IMG/VR virus record: IMGVR_UViG_3300031519_004072
Location: 1-51,359 of that record
DNA length: 51,359 nucleotides
Reading direction: 5' to 3' (one strand)
Origin: a virus
Taxonomy: Duplodnaviria; Caudoviricetes
Made by a program: the position numbers and the translations under genes. The notes under the pieces are model-generated. The model was not told the origin of the DNA, made no database searches, and saw only the letters and a program-made list of their open reading frames with translations. The first letter of the stretch is position 1. The number at the start of each line of letters is the position of its first letter. Shown here one piece after another: positions 27,971 through 35,984 of this stretch.

Positions 27971-30256
27971 ATGATGATACAGAAAGAGGTTAAATTGAAA
28001 ACAATAAATCAAAACAAAAAGAGTACTATTGCAAAATTACTTGCTACTGAAAATGTACACGTTGTACACAAAAAGACTCAGACAGCAAGTTTCAATGTTG
28101 CAACTAGAGAACTAACTTTACCAATATTTAAAAACGATATATCAGATGATGTATATGACATGTTTGTATGTCATGAAGTTGCCCATGCATTATGGACACC
28201 TTTAGATATGTTAAAAAAATCTCACGATTTAGGACTTAATAAGTCTGTTGTTAATGTTCTTGAAGACGCAAGAATTGAAGCAATGATACAAAAAAAATAC
28301 CCTGGTTCTGTTAAGAACTTTACAAATGGTTACAAAGAATTATTAAAACAAGATTTCTTCGGTATCAAAAATCAAGATTTATCTAAGATGAATATTATTG
28401 ATAAAATTAATATTTACTTTAAGACAGGTCTTGATGTTTTCTTTAGTGATGAAGAAAAAAAACTTGCAAAAAAAGTTGGTGCATGTAAGACTCCTCAAGA
28501 CGTTCTTGATCTTGCAGTTGAGATCGCTGGATACCACAAAGAAAAAAAGAAAAAAGAAGAACAAGAATCTGCTGGAAAATCTAAAATGAAAATGGATGAT
28601 GACGGCGAAAAACAAGAAGGTGCTGGAGAAGCTGGAGATTCAAAAGAAGAAGACGATCAACAAGAAGATACATCTGGTGAAGATGATAATCAAGATGATC
28701 AAGAAAAAGAAGATAAAGAATCTGATACAGAAAAAAGTAAATCAAAATCAGCTGAACATGCAAGTGCTGGGGGAAAATCTGACGGATCAGAATTAACGTC
28801 TGCTACTGACATGAAAGAAAAAGATTTAGAGAATGGAAGTTTCTTAAATCAAATTGACGATAATGCTAGAGACAGAGATTATGTTAATATACCTAGTAAA
28901 TTTGATTTGACTAAATTGATTATTCCAACAAAACAAATTATGCAAGAATTGTCTGGTGAGAGATATTGGACAAATAAAACTAATCACTATGCTGAAGACG
29001 CATTTAAAAAATGGTTAGATGCTGAAATCATTAAACTATTTAATGACAATAAAAAAGTTGTTCAATACATGGTCAAAGAGTTTGAAATGAAAAAATCTGC
29101 TGATATGTACAAGAGAGCTACTACTTCAAAAACTGGTATGTTAGATATGAACAAGATTCATACTTACAAATACAATGATGATCTGTTTGCAAAAATGACA
29201 ACTATACCTGGTGCAACTAATCATGGAATGATTATGTACTTAGATTGGTCTGGTTCAATGGCCTACAATATGAGAGATACCGTAAAACAGTTATTCAATC
29301 TTATTTGGTTTTGTCAAAGAACTAAAATTCCATATCAAGTATTTGCATTTTCAGATCAGTATGGTAGAGTACAAGGTGATTATGGTAGATATGGTGAAAC
29401 CCCTGTTGAAGAACTATCTCAAGAAATGATTCATAATGATATGAATATTGACAATACAAGATTGTTAGAATACTTTAATTCTAATATGACTAAAGATCAA
29501 ACTATGACAATGATGAAATATCTTTTAGGATTTTCTTACTATTGGGTAGATAGAAGAGGGAATGGAACAAACGAATATGACGGTGATCCTCTTTATGTTC
29601 CTACTGCTTACAATCTTGGTGGAACACCATTAAATCATTCAATCCTTACAATTCCTCAAATTGAAAAAACATTTGTTGAAAAATACAAAGTACAAAAATC
29701 AAATATTGTAATTTTAACTGATGGTGATAGTCATTCTCTTAGTGACGCATTTAGATCAGATAGTCAAGGAAATATAACTAGAGACAGTTTCCAACCTTGG
29801 AATAAAGAGACTCATGTTACTCACAAAGAGTCTGGCAAGTCTATTGTAGTTACAGACGGTTATAGAAGTGAAATGACAGAATCATTACTGACACTAGTTA
29901 AAAAGATCAAACCATCATTGACTATTACAGGATTCTTTATTGCTGGATCAGGCAGAGCTGGAAGAGTTACTCTTAGAACTATTGAAGAGAAGTTTAAACT
30001 GTCTAGCTATTCAGATAAAAAGAAAGTTGTTGAAATTCAAAAAGAATTAAGAAAAAACAGAGTAGCTGTTTGTAAGACTCAAGGATATGATGAGTATTAC
30101 ATCCTACCATCAGGTGGCAATTCAACCGAATCAGAGGAATTGACAATCAAACCTGGTGCAAAAGTAGGGTCAATTAAGAGTGCTTTTGCAAAATCTATGA
30201 ATGCAAAAACTGTTAATAGACAATTACTCAACAAATTCATAGGGTTAGTTGCCTAG
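27971..30256 (+). CDS. CobT-like protein: HExxH metallopeptidase-like domain, acidic linker, VWA domain
   Basis: 'HEVAHA', 'NVLEDARIE', MIDAS 'LDWSGSM', 'GGTPL', 'LTDGDS'; the real start may be TTG 27995 after GAGGT. Confidence 0.85.
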   Translation: MMIQKEVKLKTINQNKKSTIAKLLATENVHVVHKKTQTASFNVATRELTLPIFKNDISDDVYDMFVCHEVAHALWTPLDMLKKSHDLGLNKSVVNVLEDARIEAMIQKKYPGSVKNFTNGYKELLKQDFFGIKNQDLSKMNIIDKINIYFKTGLDVFFSDEEKKLAKKVGACKTPQDVLDLAVEIAGYHKEKKKKEEQESAGKSKMKMDDDGEKQEGAGEAGDSKEEDDQQEDTSGEDDNQDDQEKEDKESDTEKSKSKSAEHASAGGKSDGSELTSATDMKEKDLENGSFLNQIDDNARDRDYVNIPSKFDLTKLIIPTKQIMQELSGERYWTNKTNHYAEDAFKKWLDAEIIKLFNDNKKVVQYMVKEFEMKKSADMYKRATTSKTGMLDMNKIHTYKYNDDLFAKMTTIPGATNHGMIMYLDWSGSMAYNMRDTVKQLFNLIWFCQRTKIPYQVFAFSDQYGRVQGDYGRYGETPVEELSQEMIHNDMNIDNTRLLEYFNSNMTKDQTMTMMKYLLGFSYYWVDRRGNGTNEYDGDPLYVPTAYNLGGTPLNHSILTIPQIEKTFVEKYKVQKSNIVILTDGDSHSLSDAFRSDSQGNITRDSFQPWNKETHVTHKESGKSIVVTDGYRSEMTESLLTLVKKIKPSLTITGFFIAGSGRAGRVTLRTIEEKFKLSSYSDKKKVVEIQKELRKNRVAVCKTQGYDEYYILPSGGNSTESEELTIKPGAKVGSIKSAFAKSMNAKTVNRQLLNKFIGLVA

Positions 30257-30285
30257 AATAATGAGGGGCCCCGCCTTTTTAGGGG

Positions 30286-30315
30286 TTGACAATAACGCAT
30301 GAATCGTGTTATTAT
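30286..30315 (+). promoter_or_regulatory. Sigma70-type promoter TTGACA-N18 with extended -10 TGtTATTAT
   Basis: TTGACA 30286-30291; TATTAT 30310-30315. Confidence 0.7.
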
Positions 30316-30354
30316 ATACTAATGATGAGAAAACAACAATCGAGAGGATATATT

Positions 30355-31554
30355 ATGAAATCATTGAACAATAATAAAGAGTCATTTATTGATGCGATAT
30401 CAAAAAAGTATGGACAAGGTGCCATTCTTTCTAGATCAGACATTAATAACTTTGCAACCAAGAACGGATATTCTAATCCTAGTTGGTTAAAGAAACCCGA
30501 ATATAAAGTTGGACATGGACAATACAAATTACCTATTGAAGGTGAGGTGTCTGTTGGAAAACTAGTTTCTAAAACAGAAACGGTTAATGTTCCAAAATCA
30601 ATACCTGAATCAATGGAAGTGAACTTGTTCGCTACTCACATGGAAAAAGAAAATCTTATTCCTAGTAAGTTTAAAGGATTTGTACCTTGGGGTCATTATC
30701 AAACGATGAAACAAGTTATTAAATCTAACATGTTCTATCCTGTATTCATTACAGGTCTATCTGGTAACGGTAAGACTTTAATGGTCGAACAATTACATGC
30801 CGAACTTAAGAAAGAGTTAATCAGAGTTAACATTACAATTGAAACGGATGAAGACGATCTTCTTGGTGGATTCAGATTAGTATCTGGTGAAACTAAATTT
30901 GTTCCTGGCCCTGTTATTGAAGCTATGGATAAGGGATGTACTTTGTTGCTTGATGAGTGTGACCTAGGTTCAAACAAGTTAATGTGTTTACAACCTATCT
31001 TAGAAGGTAAAGGTGTTTATCTTAAAAAAGTAAATAAATGGATTACACCAAAGAACGGTTTCAATGTTATCGCTACTGCCAATACCAAAGGTAAAGGTTC
31101 AGAAGACGGTAGATTTATCGGAACTAACATTCTTAACGAAGCATTTCTAGAAAGATTTGCCGTAACAATCGAACAACCTTATGCTGCGAAAAAAGTAGAA
31201 GAAAAGATTGTTATTAATTCTATGGATAAGTATGGCAAAATGGATAAGAAGTTTGCCGCCAACTTATGTACTTGGGCAGAAGTCATTAGAAAAACTTTCT
31301 ATGAAGGTGGAGTCGATGAGATTATCTCAACAAGAAGACTTGATCACATTGCAAAAGCATTTTCAATCTTCGGTGAAAAAATGAAAGCCGTTGAGTTGTG
31401 TGTGAATAGATTTGACGATGATACAAAAGAATCATTCTTAAATCTTTACACTAAGATTGATGCTGGAGTTGATGTTTCAAAAATCAGTACGGATGATCAA
31501 TCAGAGATCGAACAAGATGAAGTATCAGAAGACGAAACTGATACAAACATTTAA
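30355..31554 (+). CDS. cobS: CobS/MoxR-like AAA+ ATPase
   Basis: 'GLSGNGKT', 'ETDEDDLLGG', 'LLLDE', 'ATANTKG.G', 'NEAFLERF', 'ISTRRL'; ATG 30355 follows GAGGA. Confidence 0.9.
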   Translation: MKSLNNNKESFIDAISKKYGQGAILSRSDINNFATKNGYSNPSWLKKPEYKVGHGQYKLPIEGEVSVGKLVSKTETVNVPKSIPESMEVNLFATHMEKENLIPSKFKGFVPWGHYQTMKQVIKSNMFYPVFITGLSGNGKTLMVEQLHAELKKELIRVNITIETDEDDLLGGFRLVSGETKFVPGPVIEAMDKGCTLLLDECDLGSNKLMCLQPILEGKGVYLKKVNKWITPKNGFNVIATANTKGKGSEDGRFIGTNILNEAFLERFAVTIEQPYAAKKVEEKIVINSMDKYGKMDKKFAANLCTWAEVIRKTFYEGGVDEIISTRRLDHIAKAFSIFGEKMKAVELCVNRFDDDTKESFLNLYTKIDAGVDVSKISTDDQSEIEQDEVSEDETDTNI

Positions 31555-31572
31555 GTAAAATTTTTATGGGGG

Positions 31573-31604
31573 TTGACTTTTGAAGTTTAATCCCCATATA
31601 AATA
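31573..31604 (+). promoter_or_regulatory. Sigma32/RpoH-like promoter (TTGACT-N13-CCCCATAT) overlapping late promoter TATAAATA
   Basis: TTGACT 31573-31578, CCCCATAT 31592-31599, TATAAATA 31597-31604; upstream of hsp20. Confidence 0.65.
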
Positions 31605-31609
31605 AGTAT

Positions 31610-31670
31610 GATACGCTCATTAGAGGTATCAAATTTAAACTTTGCTTAAAATAAGGAGGTACATATAATG
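31610..31670 (+). promoter_or_regulatory. ROSE-like RNA thermometer in the hsp20 5' UTR
   Basis: Hairpin 1 GATACGCTC-ATTA-GAGGTATC (31610-31630); hairpin 2 ACTTTGCTT-AAAAT-AAGGAGGT (31639-31660) pairs UUGCU with the SD, leaving a bulged G. Confidence 0.65.
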
Positions 31671-32111
31671 ACCAGACTAAGCATATTTCAACAACTGCAA
31701 CCAGTATCAATTGGATTTGATGACGTTTTTTCTCAATTCGATAAAATGTTTGATGCAGACAATCAATTTATAAATCAAGTAAACTACCCACCATACAATA
31801 TCATTCAAACTGATAAAAATAAGTTTGATATCGAAGTTGCCCTAGCAGGGTTCTCTAAGAAAGATATTAAAGTGGAAGTAGAAGCAGGTAAACTTACTAT
31901 CGAGTCTATTAAAGACAAAGACACTAAAGAGGTCGAAGATAATAATGGTGTACTGCATAAAGGTATTTCAAAGAGATCATTCAAGAAAGTTTGGACAATC
32001 GCTGATGATGTAAAAGTCACTGGTGCTGAACTTAAAGATGGTCTATTGAAAGTGTCAATGGAAAAGGTTGTACCAGAGAAAGATAAACTCAAAACAATCA
32101 CTATAAAGTAA
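31668..32111 (+). CDS. hsp20: Small heat shock protein Hsp20 (IbpA-like)
   Basis: 'IGFDDVF', 'NYPPYNI', 'IEVALAGF', 'LHKGISKRSF', 'AELKDGLL'. Confidence 0.95.
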   Translation: MTRLSIFQQLQPVSIGFDDVFSQFDKMFDADNQFINQVNYPPYNIIQTDKNKFDIEVALAGFSKKDIKVEVEAGKLTIESIKDKDTKEVEDNNGVLHKGISKRSFKKVWTIADDVKVTGAELKDGLLKVSMEKVVPEKDKLKTITIK

Positions 32112-32129
32112 TATATCATAAAAGTAAAT

Positions 32130-32165
32130 TAGGGGTTGACAACAGCCCCTAGTTTATGATAGATT
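32130..32165 (+). promoter_or_regulatory. Terminator-like hairpin containing the -35 box of a sigma70 promoter
   Basis: TAGGGGTTG-ACAA-CAGCCCCTA then GTTT; TTGACA 32136-32141, extended -10 TGaTAGATT ending at 32165. Confidence 0.6.
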
Positions 32166-32190
32166 GCTACTAACAGTAAGGAAATAAATT

Positions 32191-32751
32191 ATGAAAGCAT
32201 TTGACCAAATAGGAAATCAGATTACGCCTGACGAAGATTTTAATAAAGAGGCAAAAGTAATTGATGAAAAACTACAAGAACAAACACAATCTCTAGAAAA
32301 AGAACAACAAGAAACTAATAAAGGTTTGAAAATCGAAATGAGGAATCAAACCATGTGTCCTATTATGCGTGTTGAATTTCCAAATGAGATTGCTGAAGAA
32401 ATTAAGAATACACCTGATGAAGACGCATTAGATGCTATTCTACAAAAAGTTTCAAAAACATATTTGAAAAAAGCATACGATCTTGAAAAGATGATTACTA
32501 TTACAAATCCTAGTGACGAGGGTTATGATGCAAGTAATGATCAATTAAAGGTTGTTTTGTTTCTAGATAACATCGGTGACATGAATGTTACTTGGGGTTC
32601 TGCTGAAAACTTTGGATACGGACATGATCTATATCCTAAAATTTATGATAGTGTTCCAGCAGAGTCAGGTGTGATGTTAATCATTCCAGCGTATGCAACT
32701 TTAAATTTAATGAGACTAAAAGAGTTTAGGTTGTGGGGGGTGAAGTTTTAA
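32191..32751 (+). CDS. Hypothetical protein, possibly a degenerate 2OG-Fe(II) oxygenase fold
   Basis: 'PAESGVMLIIPAY' resembles P..G..IFP but the His ligands are absent. Confidence 0.45.
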   Translation: MKAFDQIGNQITPDEDFNKEAKVIDEKLQEQTQSLEKEQQETNKGLKIEMRNQTMCPIMRVEFPNEIAEEIKNTPDEDALDAILQKVSKTYLKKAYDLEKMITITNPSDEGYDASNDQLKVVLFLDNIGDMNVTWGSAENFGYGHDLYPKIYDSVPAESGVMLIIPAYATLNLMRLKEFRLWGVKF

Positions 32752-32752
32752 T

Positions 32753-33031
32753 ATGAAATATAATGAAGAACAAATTCTTGAACAAATCAAAAACTATATT
32801 GATGTAACTTATAAAGAACATTATAGTGTAGATAAAGATGGGTTTCAAGTACAAGATATGCTAAGGCATCTTGGAATAGCAGAAGATTTTTGTCAGGCCA
32901 ATGCAATAAAATATCTTGCAAGGTATGGTAAGAAGAATGGTAAAAACAGAATGGATTTATTTAAAGCAATACATTATATCGTTTTGTTAATATCAAGTAA
33001 TGATAACAATATGGAGAAAGTGAAAAAATGA
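32753..33031 (+). CDS. DUF3310-like protein (T7 gp1.7/SaV-like small nucleotide-kinase-type domain)
   Basis: 'HY', 'FCQANAIKYLARYGKKNG...DLFKAIHY'. Confidence 0.7.
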   Translation: MKYNEEQILEQIKNYIDVTYKEHYSVDKDGFQVQDMLRHLGIAEDFCQANAIKYLARYGKKNGKNRMDLFKAIHYIVLLISSNDNNMEKVKK

Positions 33032-33705
33032 AACTAAATGATAATACAGTAAATGTACTAAAAAACTTTTCTACAATCAATCCTAATCTATTGGTTAAAG
33101 AAGGTAGCACACTTACTACAATGTCAGCAATGAAAAACATTGTTGCCAAAGCAGATGTTGAAGAAGTATTTCCTCAACAATTTGCAATATATGATTTGAA
33201 TGAATTTCTGTCTAGTACAAGTTTATTTAAAGCACCTGTGATTGATTTTCAAGATCAATTTTTAACAATCAAAGAAGAGACAAGTAAAGGTACAAAACTT
33301 AAGTACTTCTATTCAGACCCATCGGTTGTGACAAGTCCTAGTAAGATGATTACTATGCCATCAACGGATGTTACTTTTGAATTGACTAGTGATACACTAA
33401 ATCAATTGAAACGAGCTGCGTCTGTAATACAAGCACCTGATTTGTGTTTACAGAAAAAAGGTGGCAAGACAACTATGAAAGTATCAGATAAGAAAAATGA
33501 TACTGCAAATGATTATTCAGTAGATGTTGTTACTCAAGATAGTGCTAAGTCTTTTGAGTTTTTCTATAAAGTAGAGAACCTTAAATTATTACCTGGTACT
33601 TATGATGTATCTGTTTCTTCAAAAAATATTAGTCACTTCAAATCAAGAACTAATAAAGTGGAGTATTGGATTGCATTAGAACCTGAATCAAAATTTGAGG
33701 TTTAA
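33028..33705 (+). CDS. gp45: Sliding clamp (T4 gp45)
   Basis: 'LKNFSTINP', 'FAIYDLNEFL', 'KVENLKLLPG.Y', 'YWIALE'. Confidence 0.95.
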   Translation: MKLNDNTVNVLKNFSTINPNLLVKEGSTLTTMSAMKNIVAKADVEEVFPQQFAIYDLNEFLSSTSLFKAPVIDFQDQFLTIKEETSKGTKLKYFYSDPSVVTSPSKMITMPSTDVTFELTSDTLNQLKRAASVIQAPDLCLQKKGGKTTMKVSDKKNDTANDYSVDVVTQDSAKSFEFFYKVENLKLLPGTYDVSVSSKNISHFKSRTNKVEYWIALEPESKFEV

Positions 33706-33707
33706 TA

Positions 33708-34643
33708 ATGGAAACATTTTTATGGGTCGAAAAGTATCGACCATCTAAAGTAGAAGATTGTATTCTTCCGTCCAAACTAAAAAACACATTTCAAGAGTTT
33801 GTTGACACAGGTCACATTCCAAATTTAATATTATCTGGTAGTGCTGGAACTGGCAAAACTACTATTGCAAAAGCAATGGTGGAACAGATCGGTAGTACAT
33901 GGATGATTATAAATGGATCAGAAGAATCTGGTATTGATGTATTAAGAACTAAGATTAAAAACTTTGCATCAACTGTTTCATTAGAAGGTGGACGTAAGTA
34001 CATTATTCTAGATGAGGCAGATTATCTAAATCCTCAATCTACTCAACCTGCGTTGCGTGGTTTCATGGAAGAGTTTCATAAGAACTGTGGATTCATTCTT
34101 ACATGTAATTACAAAAACAGATTAATAGAACCTTTACAATCAAGATGTTCTAATATTGATTTCCAAATCAAGAATGGTGAACGTATTAAACTTGCAGAAG
34201 CTTTCTTTAAAAGAACGCAAACTATTCTTGCCGATGAAAAAATTAAGTTTGAACCTAAAGCTGTTGCTGAATTAATCAATTCATATTTTCCCGATTGGCG
34301 AAGAACTTTAAATGAACTACAAAGGTATTCTGTATCTGGTCAAATAGATGCTGGTATTCTTTTAGATATTGGAAGTGCAAATATTAAAGAGTTGGTATCT
34401 CATCTTAAGAAGAAAGAATTTACCAATGTTCGTAAATGGATTGTAAATAATCTAGATAACGATCCTAGCAGGGTGTATAGAACGATCTATGATAGTCTTT
34501 ATGACAATGTAGACCCAAGTACAATACCACACGCTGTGGTCATCTTATCAGACTATCAATACAAGTCAGCATTCGTAGCAGATCAAGAAATTAATATGCT
34601 TGCGTGTATGACAGAAATCATGAGTCAGGTGAAATTCAAATGA
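33708..34643 (+). CDS. gp44: Clamp loader large subunit (T4 gp44)
   Basis: 'LWVEKYRP', 'GSAGTGKTT', 'IILDEAD', 'PLQSRC', 'FPDWRR'. Confidence 0.96.
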   Translation: METFLWVEKYRPSKVEDCILPSKLKNTFQEFVDTGHIPNLILSGSAGTGKTTIAKAMVEQIGSTWMIINGSEESGIDVLRTKIKNFASTVSLEGGRKYIILDEADYLNPQSTQPALRGFMEEFHKNCGFILTCNYKNRLIEPLQSRCSNIDFQIKNGERIKLAEAFFKRTQTILADEKIKFEPKAVAELINSYFPDWRRTLNELQRYSVSGQIDAGILLDIGSANIKELVSHLKKKEFTNVRKWIVNNLDNDPSRVYRTIYDSLYDNVDPSTIPHAVVILSDYQYKSAFVADQEINMLACMTEIMSQVKFK

Positions 34644-35161
34644 TAATCTGTAAAGATAATTTTTTAGAACATCATCTTGCACAATTGATTGATGGGTCTG
34701 TACACAATACAGACTTTAATTGGCATTGGCATTATAAAGCAAACAAGAACGAACCAGATAGACATTGGCATACATTGGCAGGTCATGATATAGAAGAAAT
34801 GACAGCAAATGGTTTTGATTATCTTATTCCTTTATGGGAAGGTATCGAAAACTTGCCAGATGTTCCTAAAACAAAAATCATTAGAGCATATTTTAACGCA
34901 CATACACCAGGTGTAGAACCATCTATTCATCAAGACGATGGCGAGATAACATATATTTACTATCCTAATATGGATTGGAATATCAATTATGGTGGTGGAA
35001 CAACAGTTTATGATGATGATCTAGTAAAAGGTACTTTACTTAATTACAAAGGCAATAGACTAATTGGATTTACTGCTAAGAACCATCATCAAGCAATGCC
35101 AGTAAGCAAGAAGTGTTTTATGTTAAGAACATGCGTGGTGTTTAAAACAAAGAAAGTATAA
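34640..35161 (+). CDS. 2OG-Fe(II) oxygenase
   Basis: 'IHQD', 'W...GGGT', 'HHQA', 'R.CVVFK'; ATGA overlap with the gp44 stop. Confidence 0.85.
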   Translation: MIICKDNFLEHHLAQLIDGSVHNTDFNWHWHYKANKNEPDRHWHTLAGHDIEEMTANGFDYLIPLWEGIENLPDVPKTKIIRAYFNAHTPGVEPSIHQDDGEITYIYYPNMDWNINYGGGTTVYDDDLVKGTLLNYKGNRLIGFTAKNHHQAMPVSKKCFMLRTCVVFKTKKV

Positions 35162-35163
35162 TT

Positions 35164-35559
35164 ATGTATGAATTGAAAGAATATTTAAATTCTATTAACC
35201 ACACAAAAACTAATTTAATGGATGGTGATGATCCTATGTGGGAAAAAAAATATCCAGCGTATATAGTAAATAAATGTCTAGCGCCCTTTAGCGATACTGT
35301 ATCACTGGTTAATGAAATGAATCGTATGCATCACATTGACAATAAACTACAATATGATTTTTTACTAAATAGCATTAGAAGTCGAAAAAGGTTTGCACCA
35401 TTTATGAAAGCAAGCAAACAAAAAGACTTAGAAGTAGTAAAAGAGTATTATGGTTACAGTAATGAGAAAGCCAAATCTGCTCTTGGCATACTAAGTAATG
35501 AACAAATTATAAGAATTAAAGAAAGATTGAATAAGGGTGGTAAGCATGGAAAACATTAA
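35164..35559 (+). CDS. gp62: Clamp loader small subunit (T4 gp62)
   Basis: 'YLNSIN', 'YP.YIVN', 'NEMN', 'LQYDFLLNSIR', 'KEYYGYSNEKA'. Confidence 0.92.
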   Translation: MYELKEYLNSINHTKTNLMDGDDPMWEKKYPAYIVNKCLAPFSDTVSLVNEMNRMHHIDNKLQYDFLLNSIRSRKRFAPFMKASKQKDLEVVKEYYGYSNEKAKSALGILSNEQIIRIKERLNKGGKHGKH

Positions 35560-35959
35560 TTGGACTAAAGAGCAAATGCTCGAAGTGATATTGAAAGAAC
35601 CAGATGACTTTTTAAAAGTCAGAGAAACTCTTTCTCGTATTGGTGTCGCATCTAGAAAAGAAAAAATCTTATATCAAAGTTGTCATATCCTACACAAACA
35701 AGGCAAGTACTATATTGTACACTTTAAAGAACTATTTGCTTTGGATGGTAAAGAAACAAATCTAACAGAAAACGATATTGGTCGTAGAAACAGAATCGCT
35801 AATCTTTTAAAAGATTGGGGTCTTGTAACTATTCCTAGTGGTGATCAAGAAAACATGTCACCATTAAGTCAGATTAAAATCATTTCGTTTAAAGATAAAA
35901 AAGATTGGGAATTGAAAACTAAGTATAATATTGGTAAGAACATTAAAGAAGCGAAGTAA
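35546..35959 (+). CDS. regA: Translational repressor RegA
   Basis: 'PDDFLKVRETLSRIGVAS', 'LYQSCHILHKQGKYYIVHFKELFALDG', 'KYNIG'. Confidence 0.96.
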   Translation: MENINWTKEQMLEVILKEPDDFLKVRETLSRIGVASRKEKILYQSCHILHKQGKYYIVHFKELFALDGKETNLTENDIGRRNRIANLLKDWGLVTIPSGDQENMSPLSQIKIISFKDKKDWELKTKYNIGKNIKEAK

Positions 35960-35984
35960 ACATTAATACATTGAAGGTTATATT

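Noticed and set aside
30286-30354. TTG start of the CobS-like gene at 30286
   Set aside because: That TTG is the -35 box; ATG 30355 has a GAGGA RBS. The track starts at 7827, 13589, 34604, 39217, 43193 and 44827 were shortened for similar reasons.
27971-31554. cobT/cobS as cobalamin-synthesis auxiliary genes
   Set aside because: No cobN is present; a MoxR AAA+ plus VWA pair is common in T4-like phages and is better read as a chaperone system.
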